DNA from: a virus
DNA length: 60,636 nucleotides
Direction: 5' to 3' (one strand)
IMG/VR virus record: IMGVR_UViG_3300027498_000003
Location: 1 to 60,636 of that record
Shown here: positions 1-12,591 of the stretch, in pieces
Layout of the letters: every line of letters starts with the position of its first letter
Position numbering within the stretch: position 1 is the stretch's first letter
Notes under the pieces: model-generated
The model's input: only the letters and a program-made list of their open reading frames with translations
Databases searched by the model: none
What the model was told of the DNA's origin: nothing
Made by a program: the position numbers and the translations under genes

Positions 1-583
1 CCCCCCCCCCCCTACAAAGTGTCTACATCAAAATCTTTATATCATGAATACACAATCATTCATCCAAGTTCAAAAGAACAAAGTCAGAAAGCATTATAGC
101 CTCAGTAAAGATGAGGTTAAAGACTACATTAGAAAGGCCCGAGAAGAGAAAGCGCGCCGCAACCAGGAGTACACCTTTAAATTAAAACTATCACTATGAA
201 TTTTAAAGAGTACGCATTGAAGCATGTAGATGGTAAATCTTTTACCATTACTAAGGAGATGACCAAAGGTAAACTCTTTGATCCCTCTGATTGTAAAGGG
301 GCAAGACTACTGAAATCTATAACTCCTAAAGAATACCATAGGGGTATAGTTTGGGCATCAAGACATGGTTACCATAATTATTTCGGTAATAATATAGTTA
401 TAATAGATTCAAATAAGAATTTAATGAGAGCAAAAGAAGGAGATATAATTGAGCTAAAAGTATGGTAAAATACTTAAAGTAAAATTGTAAGAAAAGCTTG
501 TAAGTAGCTGAGTATCAGGGGGTCATAACAACCAACCTCTATATACTAACCACTTTAAACTCCATAAAAAACCCTAATTCATT

Positions 584-617
584 AGGACTATAGCGAAACC
601 AATGCTATGGTCCTTTA
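584..617 (+). terminator. Hairpin, possible intrinsic terminator or processing site
   Basis: AGGACTATAGC-gaaaccaat-GCTATGGTCCT followed by TT, intergenic. Confidence 0.4.
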
Positions 618-2908
618 AACTTTAACACATTAAAACCATGACATACTTTGAAGCAAGAAGAGCCAGAGCTCAACGAAACCACGAATCCTTGTATAACTTA
701 GCTAAGGATATCATAACTATAGAACCAGAGATGGAGGTGTATGTTAACCGCAATGACACGGTGCACGAGGCCATGGTTTTTATACATGGTGAAACCGTTA
801 ATAGAGTATCATTTTTGGAGGTTCCTTTTAGGTGGGATGGTCCTATTCCTGAGAATGGGTATTTGTATAATAATCAGATGCCTTATACTCCCCGCGACAT
901 CATTGAGAACATGGAGCCTATTGATTATCATAAAGGGCATAGTAAAGAACCTATCCGATATACGGATAGAGAATCTTTATTAAAATGGAAAAGTTATTTA
1001 GTACCTATAAATTTAGATAACATATGAAAAACAAATTTAAAGAGATCTTATGCTATGTGTCGCTAATTGCTATCTTGTGGTTTAGCATCTCCACAATTAT
1101 ACAAGCACTCAAATGCCCTAAGATGACGCAAACAGAATTAATAGGAGCAATCCCAGACTCATTTACTTGTAGATGGCGGGATTGTATTTAATAACCAATA
1201 AAACCACAGATAATGACAGATAAAATCTATATAGGCCCGTACAAAGTGTTTAAAGTATTTAGAAGATCAAATAGGAGGCAGGTTATTGAGAGGGGATTGA
1301 CGAGATCGGCGGCGATGCGGCTGGTGGAATCATACCCTAACAGCAATACTTCTATGGTAGTTTTTGATAAACAATTCACCGCAGATAAATACTACATATG
1401 ATAAAATTAGATCAAAAAGTAAGGATAGGAAATTTTACCTACAAAGTTAGGGGGTTACGCGGATGCGGTTGGTTTATGTGTAACATTGAAGGACCAAATA
1501 GTGCCATATTTGAAGAACTAGGTATAGCTAATAAGGACAGATATGTGTCCGATATAGTGGGGTACTCCGTAGGATCAGGAAATTTTCCCTATCTTAATAC
1601 CTTGGAAGACCTTACCAAGGTGGTGGCAGATCTGCAATCACAGTACGGTGAAAGGGTAACTATGCTAAGAAAAGACTTACTCCTGGCTCATAACGCCTTT
1701 GATTGTATCACAATTAAAGAAGGTATAAAAAATATATTAAACAAAAACCCTTTGAAAAGTGATGAGGATTCTATTGTTATCCCCGCCGAGTATATAAAGA
1801 GATTTAACAAAGAGGCTTCGTCGGATCAGAAAGAGGAGGCAGCCAAGTACGGCTATGTATCCCTTGAAGATGAAGAAACCTACTGCATGGGCGATAGATT
1901 TAAATTAGACGACGGGGAAGAGTATTTACTGGCCCAAGTGGCCCCTAATATGGTGTCTCTCATAAGTCTAAACTCTGGGTATAGATATAGAGATACTATA
2001 AAGGTATATGACCCTCATTCCATATCGAAAGAAGAGTTGATGCAGATGGCGAGTGAGGGTGTGTCTTGCACATACAAAACTGACTATTATATAAAGGGTA
2101 GGTAATTATTTAACCTAAATATTTTAACGTGAATAAAAAATATAAAGAAGTATTTGTTAATGCTGAACCAGTATTGACTAAGGAAGACAAAGCCCAGTGG
2201 ATCGGGGCTTTGCGTTCGGGTAAGTATAAACAAGGGTTTGAGGTCTTTGTAGAGGAGGCTAAGATAGATGGTAAAGAGACTGAATGTTTATGCTGTTTAG
2301 AAGTATACAACGTTCTTCACGGCGGGAGGGATGGGAATTTGAATGCTCCTTGTGAGGTAGTAAATCGAAGCGTCCTCTTTGGCCATAAAGCAAATCTCAT
2401 ACCGCACATAAACGACGAGAATAGACCCGAGGCGCGGGACTATAGCAATATCATTCCTTACTTGGAATTACTTCCAACAATCGATTAAACCTATGAAAAA
2501 GATATATGAAAACCCTTATAGTGAAGGTCACCCTAATGCCATAAAAGACTGGGCTAAAGTACTGCTTACCCCTTTCGAAAAGGTAGATCAAGACATGTTA
2601 GATGAATTAGCAGATGCTGCTGACGACTGGGAGATATGCGCATGCGGTAACCTATGTGCTGCTATACCTCGTACGGACGATGGGCAGCCCTTGGATCAGA
2701 GGCTTAGAGCTCTGGGCAGGCGGTTTGATGGAGATGTTAGCGATATGATGTTTACTTATACCTACCGTAAATATAATACCAAGAAACATTACGAAGATAA
2801 CCAACGAGCAGCCATAGCAACCCATAAAGCTATAGAAGAAAGGGCTGCCGAGATATTAACAGAGATGGGCTTACTATAGCCCCTGAATATAGTTTTGTTC
2901 CAAAGAGA

Positions 2909-2952
2909 GGGAGCCTGCGGTAGTAGAAAGCTATTACGGGGCTCTTTTTTAT
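2909..2952 (+). terminator. Rho-independent terminator
   Basis: GAGCCTGCGGTAG-tagaaag-CTATTACGGGCTC followed by a T-run, after the stop of 2493-2879. Confidence 0.6.
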
Positions 2953-3904
2953 TTCAAATTAAAAAATTAAATCAAATGAATACAGTACAATCACAAATAG
3001 AATCCGCTATCCTATGGCTGGCCGGGTTAGCAGTTACAGATCTTCCTCAAGGAAGGAAGAAGTTAGGGAATATGGATACAGGATTTTGCTGCCTGGGCTT
3101 CGGGTGCTTTTTATTAGGCATACCATATGACCCTAAAGACGGCGTATCTTATGATCTCCCATATTTTATAGGTATGAAATCAAATAATCCTAATATATAT
3201 TCGGACCAATATGGTGGGAAAATATGCATAGCGGAACTTAACGATATAGAAAAGCTAAGCTTTAAAGAGATAAGAGAAGTCATCATAGATAATTTAGATG
3301 ATGTGTTTGCTCCAGAGGTTGCGGCGGGGCTGAAGGATCACTACATGAAAGATTAAACCTATGACAGAATACAAAGACCTTACCAACCAGTAGATTAAAT
3401 AATATATTTAATATAAATATAAATGAATGTTAAAACCAGCCGATTAAGACCAGAGTTTGCCCGTATAAGGCAAGCTCTTAAAATCCAGAGAATTAAAGAT
3501 AGAACAGATTATCTTAGCGAATATAATATAGACTGCGAGAGAATGGCTCTGCCGAAGGGGGAGCTTGGTCAAGTAGTAGAGACCGAAAAATACATTAAAG
3601 TCCAAATTTCGCAAGGGATAGGGGCTCAGCATGTGTGTATGACCGCATTAATTCACTTATAAATTAAACAGATGAGCAAACCATGTATAAAACTCTCAGT
3701 AAGAGAGGAAGACGGAGTAGACGGCCTCGACATAGAGATAAGGGGCACTGAGTACGATAAGATTGACATATTCGTCAATGCTTTTGAGTTATCTCCAGAT
3801 CTAATGAGGCAGGCTACCGTAGCCGCCAGCTTTGTAGAGATGAAAAATAGAAAGAGAAGAATAGAAAATTAATTATTTATAATATTTATTAAATCATATA
3901 CACT

Positions 3905-4903
3905 ATGGCACACAATTTAAACATCATTGATAACAGAGCATCGTTTGCATCCACTAAGAAAGCTTGGCACGGGTTAGGGCAAATACTAACTGAAAGAATG
4001 ACGGCACAAGAAGCTCTTGAACATGCAAGTCTTAATTATAATGTAGCTAAGGTCCCTACATTGACTGAGAGTTTCATTACAGAAGATGCTGAGGTAATAC
4101 CTCCCTTAGAGACGGGGCACTTCTCTACGATACGAACAGATACCCAACAGGTATTGGGCAATGTTGGATCGCAATATACTGTGATACAGAATAGAGATGC
4201 TTTTAAGTTCTTCGATCCTATTATAAGTAGAGACGAAGCTATCTACGAAACCGCCGGGGCGCTGGGCAAGGGTGAGATTGTATTTCTAACTGCTAAACTT
4301 CCCGCCCATATAAGGGTAGGTAAAGATGATCTGGTAGAGATGTATGTGGTATTCTGGAACTCTCATGACGGGTCGTCGGCATGTTATGGGCTGATCACAC
4401 CTGTCAGAGTTGTATGTAATAACACCTTGAATGCCGCGATTAGAGTTAGTAAAGGTAAGGTATCAATAAGACATAGTGCCTCAGCTGAGCAAAGACTTAA
4501 GGAGGCTCACAAGATACTTGGTCTATCTAATAAACTACAAGAAGAATTGTCCGATATATTCGCGGTGATGAATACATCTAAGATATCTGATAAAGATGCG
4601 GGTAAGACGATCACTAAGTTCTTTGCTACTGATGATGAGTTTAAGAGATTGTTGACTGGAGAATCCGGCGGGGAAGTATTCTCTACTAGAAAACAGAACA
4701 TAATAAGAGAGGCTTGGGAGTTCTACAACCAAGGCATAGGGCAAGAGGAGATTCTGGGCACAGGCTGGGGAGTATATAATGGCCTAACCGGATACCTATC
4801 TCACAAGAAGAAGTATTCATCTCCTAAGAATAAGATGAAAGGCTTATTAGTAGACAATACCACGGCCAAGGCGATGAACCTGGTAATGTCCGCGATCGCT
4901 TAA
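3905..4903 (+). CDS. DUF932 / TIGR03299-like phage-plasmid protein
   Basis: AWHGLG N-terminus, YTVIQNRDAFKFFD, YETAGALGKG, NSHDGSS, TPVRVVCNNTL, GTGWGVYNGLT motifs. Confidence 0.85.
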   Translation: MAHNLNIIDNRASFASTKKAWHGLGQILTERMTAQEALEHASLNYNVAKVPTLTESFITEDAEVIPPLETGHFSTIRTDTQQVLGNVGSQYTVIQNRDAFKFFDPIISRDEAIYETAGALGKGEIVFLTAKLPAHIRVGKDDLVEMYVVFWNSHDGSSACYGLITPVRVVCNNTLNAAIRVSKGKVSIRHSASAEQRLKEAHKILGLSNKLQEELSDIFAVMNTSKISDKDAGKTITKFFATDDEFKRLLTGESGGEVFSTRKQNIIREAWEFYNQGIGQEEILGTGWGVYNGLTGYLSHKKKYSSPKNKMKGLLVDNTTAKAMNLVMSAIA

Positions 4904-5079
4904 TTTGCAATAACCAATCTCATTTTACCATAGAGAGCAGTCCACGTTATAGGCCCAGCGTCACAGCATTAGAGATGTACGAACTTCGCGAGTGATGACC
5001 TATAACAAAGGGCTGCTCTTATTAAACCTCTATTCACTATGAAAAGACTATTTAATAAAGGGTTATTACAATATTACCT

Positions 5080-8000
5080 ATGAAGATACTCGCATCGCCG
5101 CTACAACTTAGTATATTACTGAGCTGCAGAACTACGACAAGTACCTACATAGTAACAGTTGGATCGCACCCCATAGAACACAGCGCTAAGCTGTACAAGA
5201 AACACAAACTGGGAAACACTTACCATCTACAAGGAACTAACTGGTTCTATTCAGAAGTAGATTCCACTATATCTAATAGGGACGGAGACATATTACGTAT
5301 GCCTGTAACGGTCGATTCAATAGACCTTATTAATAAATCAAAAAATAATTAATTATGCATAAACATAAAGAAACATATAGAGGTTATCAAATAGAGGTAC
5401 TACAAGACACTCACCCTTCTAACCCCCGAACTTCGTGGGATAATTTAGGTACATTTTATTCGAGATATGGGGAAGCTAACTTCAGTGATATAAATCAAGG
5501 GGATATACAATCCACTCTTAATTGGTTAGATGTTAATGAGTATATCTATAGAGTAGTATATGGCCACAGTCACGGCGGCGCAACTATCAGAACTTCCGCA
5601 CCTTTTGGGTGTCAATTTGATTCAGGCATAGCTGGTATCATAGCAGTCAGTAAAGATAAGGTACGCACAGAATATGGATGGAAGAACATAACTAAAGAAA
5701 GACATAATCAGATACTGAAATACTTAGACGGCGAGATAGAAACACAAGACGATTACCTAACAGGTAATGTATGGGGCTATGATGTCACTAAAGACGGAGA
5801 AGATATAGCATCATGCTGGGGATACTTCGGCGACTATGACAACGACGATTACGGACCTATCACAGAGGCTAAATCAGTCATAGATCATGAAATAAAGACA
5901 GCATACAAAGATCACATAGAGCAAGTTAAGGCTTGGATCAAGAATAGAGTACCATTTATTTACCGACAAACATTATCAATTAACCCCTGATGACTTCGAA
6001 AAAAACTACAGAAATAGAAACATTTAAATCACAATTAACATGACCACATACATAATAACCCACACTACCAAATATGGTATAACGAATCGGATGTTTAAAT
6101 CCCCAAACCCTGACTTAAATATATCCTTATGTAAAGACGATATTTATGATGAAAAAATTCAGAAGATAACGGCGGCGCTTGGTATAGAATACAATCATGA
6201 CGGATTAAATGAGTATCTTGATATAGTAGATTACGATATAGTTAATGATTTAAAAACAATAGAAGTTTAGATGTATGTAAGATTACGATCACATTAAAAT
6301 ATTTACATAATGACTATCACACTTAAAGAAACTCATAGATATCAATTCATTCAGGATATGCATACCAAATGCACCTACATTATTGACAAGGTAACAGACA
6401 AGAGTACCTTTAGGAATGTAGGGCACGATGCCACATTAGAAAAACGTGCGGTACTTAGTAAGACAGATCAAGAGCTCGATATCTACGCCGCCAAGCAATC
6501 GTTCTTCTAACAGCCTGCAGGAAGCAACAACATAACAGTTTCCAAATTCTTACATTTTATTTTCAATTTGCGACAAATAAGATGCCAATAACAGTACCCA
6601 GACTATCCCCGCACTATTATTAATTCACTTAAAAACCTTCAAACACATGACGACAAAAGAAAAGAAAGAAGCGATCGATGATGTTATCCGTCTCTTCAAA
6701 GATAATACGGAAGAGCTTAACCAGACCCAGCCTTGGGACTATATCGTGGAGCGCCGTAAACATGCATTAGAATACAACGAAACCGAAGACATAACAATTA
6801 ACTTATCCTTCGATGATAAAGAATTAAAAAAGATACTAAGTGCAAAACTCATAACTATGTACGAAGATGCATTAGAATACGAGGAAGCTAAACATGATGA
6901 TACTAAAGAGGAGTTGGCAGATGTAACCTGCGAAGGACCTACAAACACTATACAAGAAGCGGTGTTGGTACAGAAGTTTCGAGAGAAACTAAACGATTTC
7001 CGCAACTGCAAGACATCTTTTCAAGAACTATATAACACACTAAATTTGATATGAAAAGATTCATCGAAGACATGGTGCTCGCGATAATGGGAGCCATAGC
7101 ACTCTTTCTAATATGCCTATTCATGGTAGGATTTATTAACATATTTACATTATAATTATGCCAAGATTAATAGAAGCACAATACATCAAGACTTACTACA
7201 AAACTATAACAAGGACTATCGAGGTGTCAGGAATGTTAGACGACAACGAAGTATACGACTATGTAGATGAGCATTTCCCTAAAGAAGAAGTGGATAATGC
7301 ATCCTTAGTATTAGAGGATTGGGAATTAATATTATTAAATTTATAATTATGGAAAACATACAATGGTTTATAGAAAAGTACTATCCTAAGTATTTTTCTT
7401 GTTGCAGAATAGCTAGATGGAATGATCTATCTGTTATATTAGATGACGAGCATGTAGAAGGCAGTATAGCATGGGAGGTATTTATGACGGAGCATAGTGG
7501 CAGCCAAGCTTCTGTCGGTCGAGAGTATGATGAGATTAATGCCGATATACTTGAGCAATCTATACAAGGCTACTTAGAACAGCAACAGCCCAAATACTTC
7601 TTATTAGGATCAACGGCGGAACGCTATTTCAATGAGGAAGGGCTTATCGGAGTTATAGAGGCTGTTGAAGGTAATGAAATCACAATGGTTATATATAAAC
7701 ATAACCATGATGGGAATGTAGAAAATCTACTGTGGATGGCGCAACAAGAAGGAGGTTATGTAGCTATTAATGCGGAAGAGTATAAGTTCTTGAATGAATA
7801 TACTACAGAAGACGTAGCACTATGTCATGTAATTAAATTTTTTAAACAAATAATAGAAGAGATATGAATATAATAGAAGGCTATGTAACAGTGCAAGGCA
7901 TAGCACATCACGAGGATATAGCTTGGCGAGAAGAAGACGGACATCCTATATTCTTCCGCACAAGAGAAGAGGCGCAAAAAGAATGTGATATCGATTATGA

Positions 8001-8883
8001 AGAGAGACTTAAGACAGACGCCGACGCAACAGGTGACGATAAAGATTGGGTATCTTGGGCGATCCAAATATCGAATAAAGAATACGAAATATACGACTTA
8101 CCTTATAGTAAAGAACTCAGTAGGCCCACATTTATCTATAATATAGAAAACCACTTATAACCAATAGTAACTTCTTGATATGGAAATTTTCGAAGAATTT
8201 TATAATACACAAGTAAAACTCATACAAAAAACTAAGTTAACTCCTAAAGTATTAGATACCTTCCGTAGAGTGGTTATAATTTACATAGCTGAATTTGTAG
8301 CCACAACTAATGAACTGTTAAAATTATCTGAGAACCTGCTTCATTATGAATTCATAAGGGAGGCACGGCTTAGCCATCATTTCAAACACAACGGAGTTTA
8401 CCATGAGGGGCAAATAAGGGAGATAGGCAATACCTTAGATTACTCCATAATATATCTAAAAAATGATATAGAATATTGTGAGTCGAAGCTTTTGCATTAT
8501 AAAAAATTGATCACACTGATAACTAAATACTTATGAATAACAAATTAAAAGTAACCCCAGGTAAATGGGAAATGTCATTTGATAATATATTAGACTCAGA
8601 TACCCAAGTCAATGCGGACGGAACTACATCTGAGCATAACATAGCATCTATATCAGATGAGCATCCCGACTATGAGTACAATAAGAAAGCTATAGTAGCA
8701 GCTGTTAACCTATTCAAAAGTATAGATACTGAGCTGCTTAAACAACAGAAAGAGTTTTTACTTAATTCTGGTGGCGAGGAGGCTATGGGATTAGCACATA
8801 TGGTAGATGATATACAAGCTATATTAGTTGACAGTTTCGGCGCGGAAGACTATGAAGTATTCAATTTCGAAGGAGAAGAATAG
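5080..8883 (+). other. Cluster of small hypothetical phage genes (5080-5352, 5355-5990, 6040-6270, 6310-6510, 6647-7054, 7158-7346, 7349-7867, 7864-8160, 8180-8536, 8533-8883)
   Basis: Packed co-oriented ORFs. 5355-5990 has a conserved-looking pattern (NPRTSWDNLGTF, FDSG..GII, YLTGNVWGY, SCWGYFG). Confidence 0.7.
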
Positions 8884-8919
8884 ATACACAAACTTTAATT
8901 AAACTTAAATCTTTATTAC

Positions 8920-9591
8920 ATGAAATATGAATTCCATCATAACAACTGCGTACATGTTATTGAGTACAAAAGCTCGGCAAACAAGAAGTTAGGAATGCTA
9001 ACTCGATTAGTAGGCACTTATCATTACAGCTTAGATCAGGTACTAAACAATAACTTTAAATTAGATTCATCTAATTGTTTAGATTGCCCGTTTTCATATA
9101 ACCAAGGTAAGCCACAATGTTATACACATAAATCCTATATGAGGTTAGGGCTACTTGCTAAACTTAAGTCTTTGCATAATAGATTTGTAACCATCAAAGC
9201 TTTCGATCAAGATAAGTTCGATGAGTTCTTTAGTAAGCTAAGCGGTGTAGAGTTAGTACGTTTCGGGGTATATGGGGAACCTGTATTACTACCAGATGGA
9301 GTTATACCCAAGCTAAGCACATTAGCCAATAGTACCGGGTATACGCATCAATGGAACAAAGATATCAACCATAAGCATTCTAAGTATCTTATGGCATCTA
9401 CCCACTCAGCTATCGAAGCTGCTGTAGCTAATGATTTAGGATGGAGAGTATTTAATGAGGGAGAGTTAGAAGGGGCTGTAAACTGCCCGGCATCAAAAGA
9501 ACAAATGAGAAAATCGACTTGTACTCAGTGCTCACTATGTGGTGGTACGAGCGGTAATAGTAAAAAGAATATCTCAATATTAAAACACTAA
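8920..9591 (+). CDS. Conserved Cys-motif phage protein (possibly Fe-S or Zn binding; gp88-like)
   Basis: CLDCPF..CY, VRFGVYGEP, TGYTHQW, LMAS, CPAS..TCTQCSLCGG. Confidence 0.55.
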   Translation: MKYEFHHNNCVHVIEYKSSANKKLGMLTRLVGTYHYSLDQVLNNNFKLDSSNCLDCPFSYNQGKPQCYTHKSYMRLGLLAKLKSLHNRFVTIKAFDQDKFDEFFSKLSGVELVRFGVYGEPVLLPDGVIPKLSTLANSTGYTHQWNKDINHKHSKYLMASTHSAIEAAVANDLGWRVFNEGELEGAVNCPASKEQMRKSTCTQCSLCGGTSGNSKKNISILKH

Positions 9592-9593
9592 TT

Positions 9594-9839
9594 ATGAAAG
9601 TATATATGTTCAATGTAAGCTGGGAAGATGAGCACGACGGACATCCTGTCGTAGAGAGAAGGATAGGATTCACTATTAACGGCGTGGATGGGGTCCATTG
9701 TAGGAGTTGGCAGATGCAAAATCAGGTCGGATATATAGAAAAGGCCGGGCATGAACCTATCTTCTTACAAGGCAAAGAATGCAATACCCAGTCTGGCCAT
9801 GTTAAAATATTGATCGACGGGCCAGATCAAGTTAAATAG
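9594..9839 (+). CDS. Hypothetical protein
   Basis: ORF directly follows 8920-9591. Confidence 0.55.
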   Translation: MKVYMFNVSWEDEHDGHPVVERRIGFTINGVDGVHCRSWQMQNQVGYIEKAGHEPIFLQGKECNTQSGHVKILIDGPDQVK

Positions 9840-10078
9840 AATCCTTATATTAGCAAAAGAAAATAGAGGTGACCATTAAAGAAGCGGGGAATCGGAATCC
9901 TCGGTGGGTAAAATAGTTTGAAGTACAAGAGGGTTTTCATTTTTCCACCTCTTGATATTTAAAAAAGTCTCGGTCGCCCGGTTTGAGCAGAGCCGAAGTG
10001 TGAGATCAAAAACTATTCAAACACGGGCGGGAGCTGCCAGAGTGCCACTTTTTAGAATTAACAAAATCAAAAACATAT

Positions 10079-10309
10079 ATGAATCAAATAGTTATCAACG
10101 TGAAAGATGGCGTCGTACAGAGCGTCGTTACCTCAGAAGATATTAATGTCTTAGTACTCGACCATGATCCCGACGATCAGGATAATCCTCTTGAGTATAC
10201 CTTAAGAGAAAAAGAATATTCTGCGGAAGTAATGTCTCCTGAGATAGATCTAAACCCGGAAGAAGCGGCGTTAGTATTCTTTCAATACTCAGAAAGCATG
10301 TCACAATAA
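10079..10309 (+). CDS. Small acidic hypothetical protein
   Basis: IVINVKDGVVQSV..VLVLDHD pattern; A-rich leader. Confidence 0.65.
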   Translation: MNQIVINVKDGVVQSVVTSEDINVLVLDHDPDDQDNPLEYTLREKEYSAEVMSPEIDLNPEEAALVFFQYSESMSQ

Positions 10310-10316
10310 GCTGAAT

Positions 10317-11219
10317 ATGGATAAGACAGGAATTGGAGATCGAATGAAATCTCAATACGAACATAGGACTCGGCAGTCCCTCCCGAGAAGAACTAATACT
10401 ATTATTAGATTAGACGGGAAATCGTTCCATACCTACACTGAAGGATTAGATAAACCCTTCGATGAAGGACTAATAGAAGATATACAACAGACAGCCATAT
10501 ATCTATGTGAGAATATACAGGGAGCTAAATGCGCATTCACTCAAAGTGATGAGATAACCCTGTTGCTTACTGACTATGATACTATAACTACTCATGCTTG
10601 GTTTGATGGTAATGTGCAGAAGATAACTTCTACTTCAGCAGGCTATGCCTCAGTTAAATTTTATCAGCAAAGATTACTAAGGGCTGTTGAGGGTAACCTA
10701 CCTATGGATGAGGTTATATTTAAAGATAGTTTACCTACATTCGACTCAAGAGTGTTTACTATAGCAGATAAAGAAGAAGTAGTAAATAACTTCATCTGGC
10801 GGCAACAAGACGCTGAGAGAAATTCTATACAGATGTTGGCTCAAAGTTTATACTCTCATAACGAATTGCATAAAAAGAATACATCTATGCTCCAAGACAT
10901 GTGCTTTGATAAGGGGCATAACTGGAACGATTTACATTTCAGTAAGAAGAGAGGTAGTCTTATACTTAATAATACTTATATAGATAATCGAATAGTAGAT
11001 GGGGATAATATAGAATTTTATAGAAATGGATATGGAAGTTTCAAAGAGCCGTGCTATATGGAAAGGTACCAAGAGTTTTATGAAGCTGAATCTGGTATAA
11101 ACAAATGGAATTACAGACTAATTAAAGATCCCAAAATAAGGACTAAATGGGAAGTAGTAGATACTCCTATATTTACAAAATATAGAGATATTATTAAAAA
11201 CTTAATGCCTATAATATGA
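10317..11219 (+). CDS. tRNA(His) guanylyltransferase Thg1-like protein (3'-5' nucleotidyltransferase)
   Basis: GDRMKSQYE, IIRLDGKSFHTYT, KPFD, TQSDEITL, WFDGNVQK, FDSRVF, WRQQDAERNSI. Confidence 0.92.
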   Translation: MDKTGIGDRMKSQYEHRTRQSLPRRTNTIIRLDGKSFHTYTEGLDKPFDEGLIEDIQQTAIYLCENIQGAKCAFTQSDEITLLLTDYDTITTHAWFDGNVQKITSTSAGYASVKFYQQRLLRAVEGNLPMDEVIFKDSLPTFDSRVFTIADKEEVVNNFIWRQQDAERNSIQMLAQSLYSHNELHKKNTSMLQDMCFDKGHNWNDLHFSKKRGSLILNNTYIDNRIVDGDNIEFYRNGYGSFKEPCYMERYQEFYEAESGINKWNYRLIKDPKIRTKWEVVDTPIFTKYRDIIKNLMPII

Positions 11220-12590
11220 AAGACAAAATTACACGGGAAGAAGTTGCAAAAAGGATGCTCAATGACTGGAAATTCAATCGATACAATCACGGCGGAAGTA
11301 GGTCATATATAGATGGTCAGAGCGGAGACAGACAACTAATAATAGATACCTACTATGATAGCACCTTTGCTGAATACATGGATGACTGTGCTAAACGCTA
11401 TTTCGCTCTTGAAGAGAGTATGCAATATACTTTAAGTGAATATAAAACTATGGAAGAACTCTTTAATCATGCGAAATTGGATGAACATTCTCTGTATTTT
11501 ATAGAAGTTAAGATAAGTCCAGATAATGTAGAGCATTACTCTTTCCTTTTTACAGGATTTGCGAATGGCAACTACTGTGAAGTTTATAATAATAGCTATG
11601 AAACCGCTGCAGATTTAAGTACAATCCATTCTTTTAATATAATTAAAAAGTTACACACAAATGAATACAAAAACATTTAATGACGGTTTTAAATATGCCG
11701 TAATAGAACCAGAAGAATCCTTAGTGACATCGGTGCATGGTACAGAGGAGTCCGCTGTACTTACGGCGGAGACACCTTATGAGGAGGTTGTGGTATTAGA
11801 TCATACTAATGCCTTTTGCGTGACGGGAGAGGGGATAGTATCTATGGAGCATGGTACAGTAAAGAGAGTAGTTTTAGATAGCATACAAGACGATTCGGCG
11901 GTCTACCTCACCGAACCTTTATTTAACTCCCTCATCTCTTATTTCAAAAAAACTTATGACCTACAAAAGGAATCAATAATTCAAGACGCTATATGACGTA
12001 CGTAGTACTGTTTGTATGTCTGTGGATATATCACAGCCATAAGAATAATCAAAAATTATATTAACTTAAAATCTAAAATCACTAATACAATGCGACAATT
12101 CAAATCTTTATTAAAACTCAATTTCAAATCTATACCTAAAGGTAGAGAAGATCTATTAGCACAAGAGTTCGAGAGCGGCGAGGATGCTGTTGATTTCTTA
12201 TCATTCGTAACGGTGGCCGCCCACTCTGAGGTTCTATCTGGCTTAAAAAAGAAAGCCTACAAAGCCATAGAGGATATGGGCAAGGGTAAGAAGTTCGTCA
12301 TAGGCAATAGGACTATCACTGCGGTGATGGGCGATACTCCCGAGGAAGTCAAGGTAGGTAAGAAGTCTGCCGAGTACCAAAGCATGGAGGCTGCTCTCGA
12401 TGATAATCTTGACAGCATTAAGCAATATGAAAAGAATATTGCAGATTGGAAGAAGCAGATCGATGTTCTTAAAGAAGAAAACAAAGAGTTACGGCAAGAA
12501 ATGCGGACGGACCCTAATACTAAGTTCACTATCATTCAACCCGCGGTTAAGAATGATTATGTAAAGCATTATAAGATAGCACAAGCATAA
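11216..12590 (+). other. Three hypothetical genes (11216-11680, 11661-11996, 12090-12590, the last coiled-coil)
   Basis: Overlapping or abutting ORFs. Confidence 0.65.
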
Positions 12591-12591
12591 C

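Larger units (their letters stand above)
196..3872 (+). other. Cluster of small early phage hypothetical genes (196-468, 638-1027, 1213-1401, 1398-2105, 2129-2488, 2493-2879, 2976-3356, 3423-3662, 3672-3872)
   Basis: Tightly packed co-oriented ORFs with A-rich leaders. 2129-2488 (WIGALRSGKYKQG..CLCCLEV) and 2976-3356 (WLAGL..PQGRKKL..FCCLG) look paralogous. Confidence 0.75.

Noticed and set aside
1-12. C12 homopolymer at the window start
   Set aside because: Most likely a contig-end or two-colour-chemistry poly-G artefact; cannot be supported as a genome terminus.
9952-10146. 64-aa TTG-start ORF
   Set aside because: Overlaps the better-supported 10079-10309 ORF and spans a structured non-coding-looking region.
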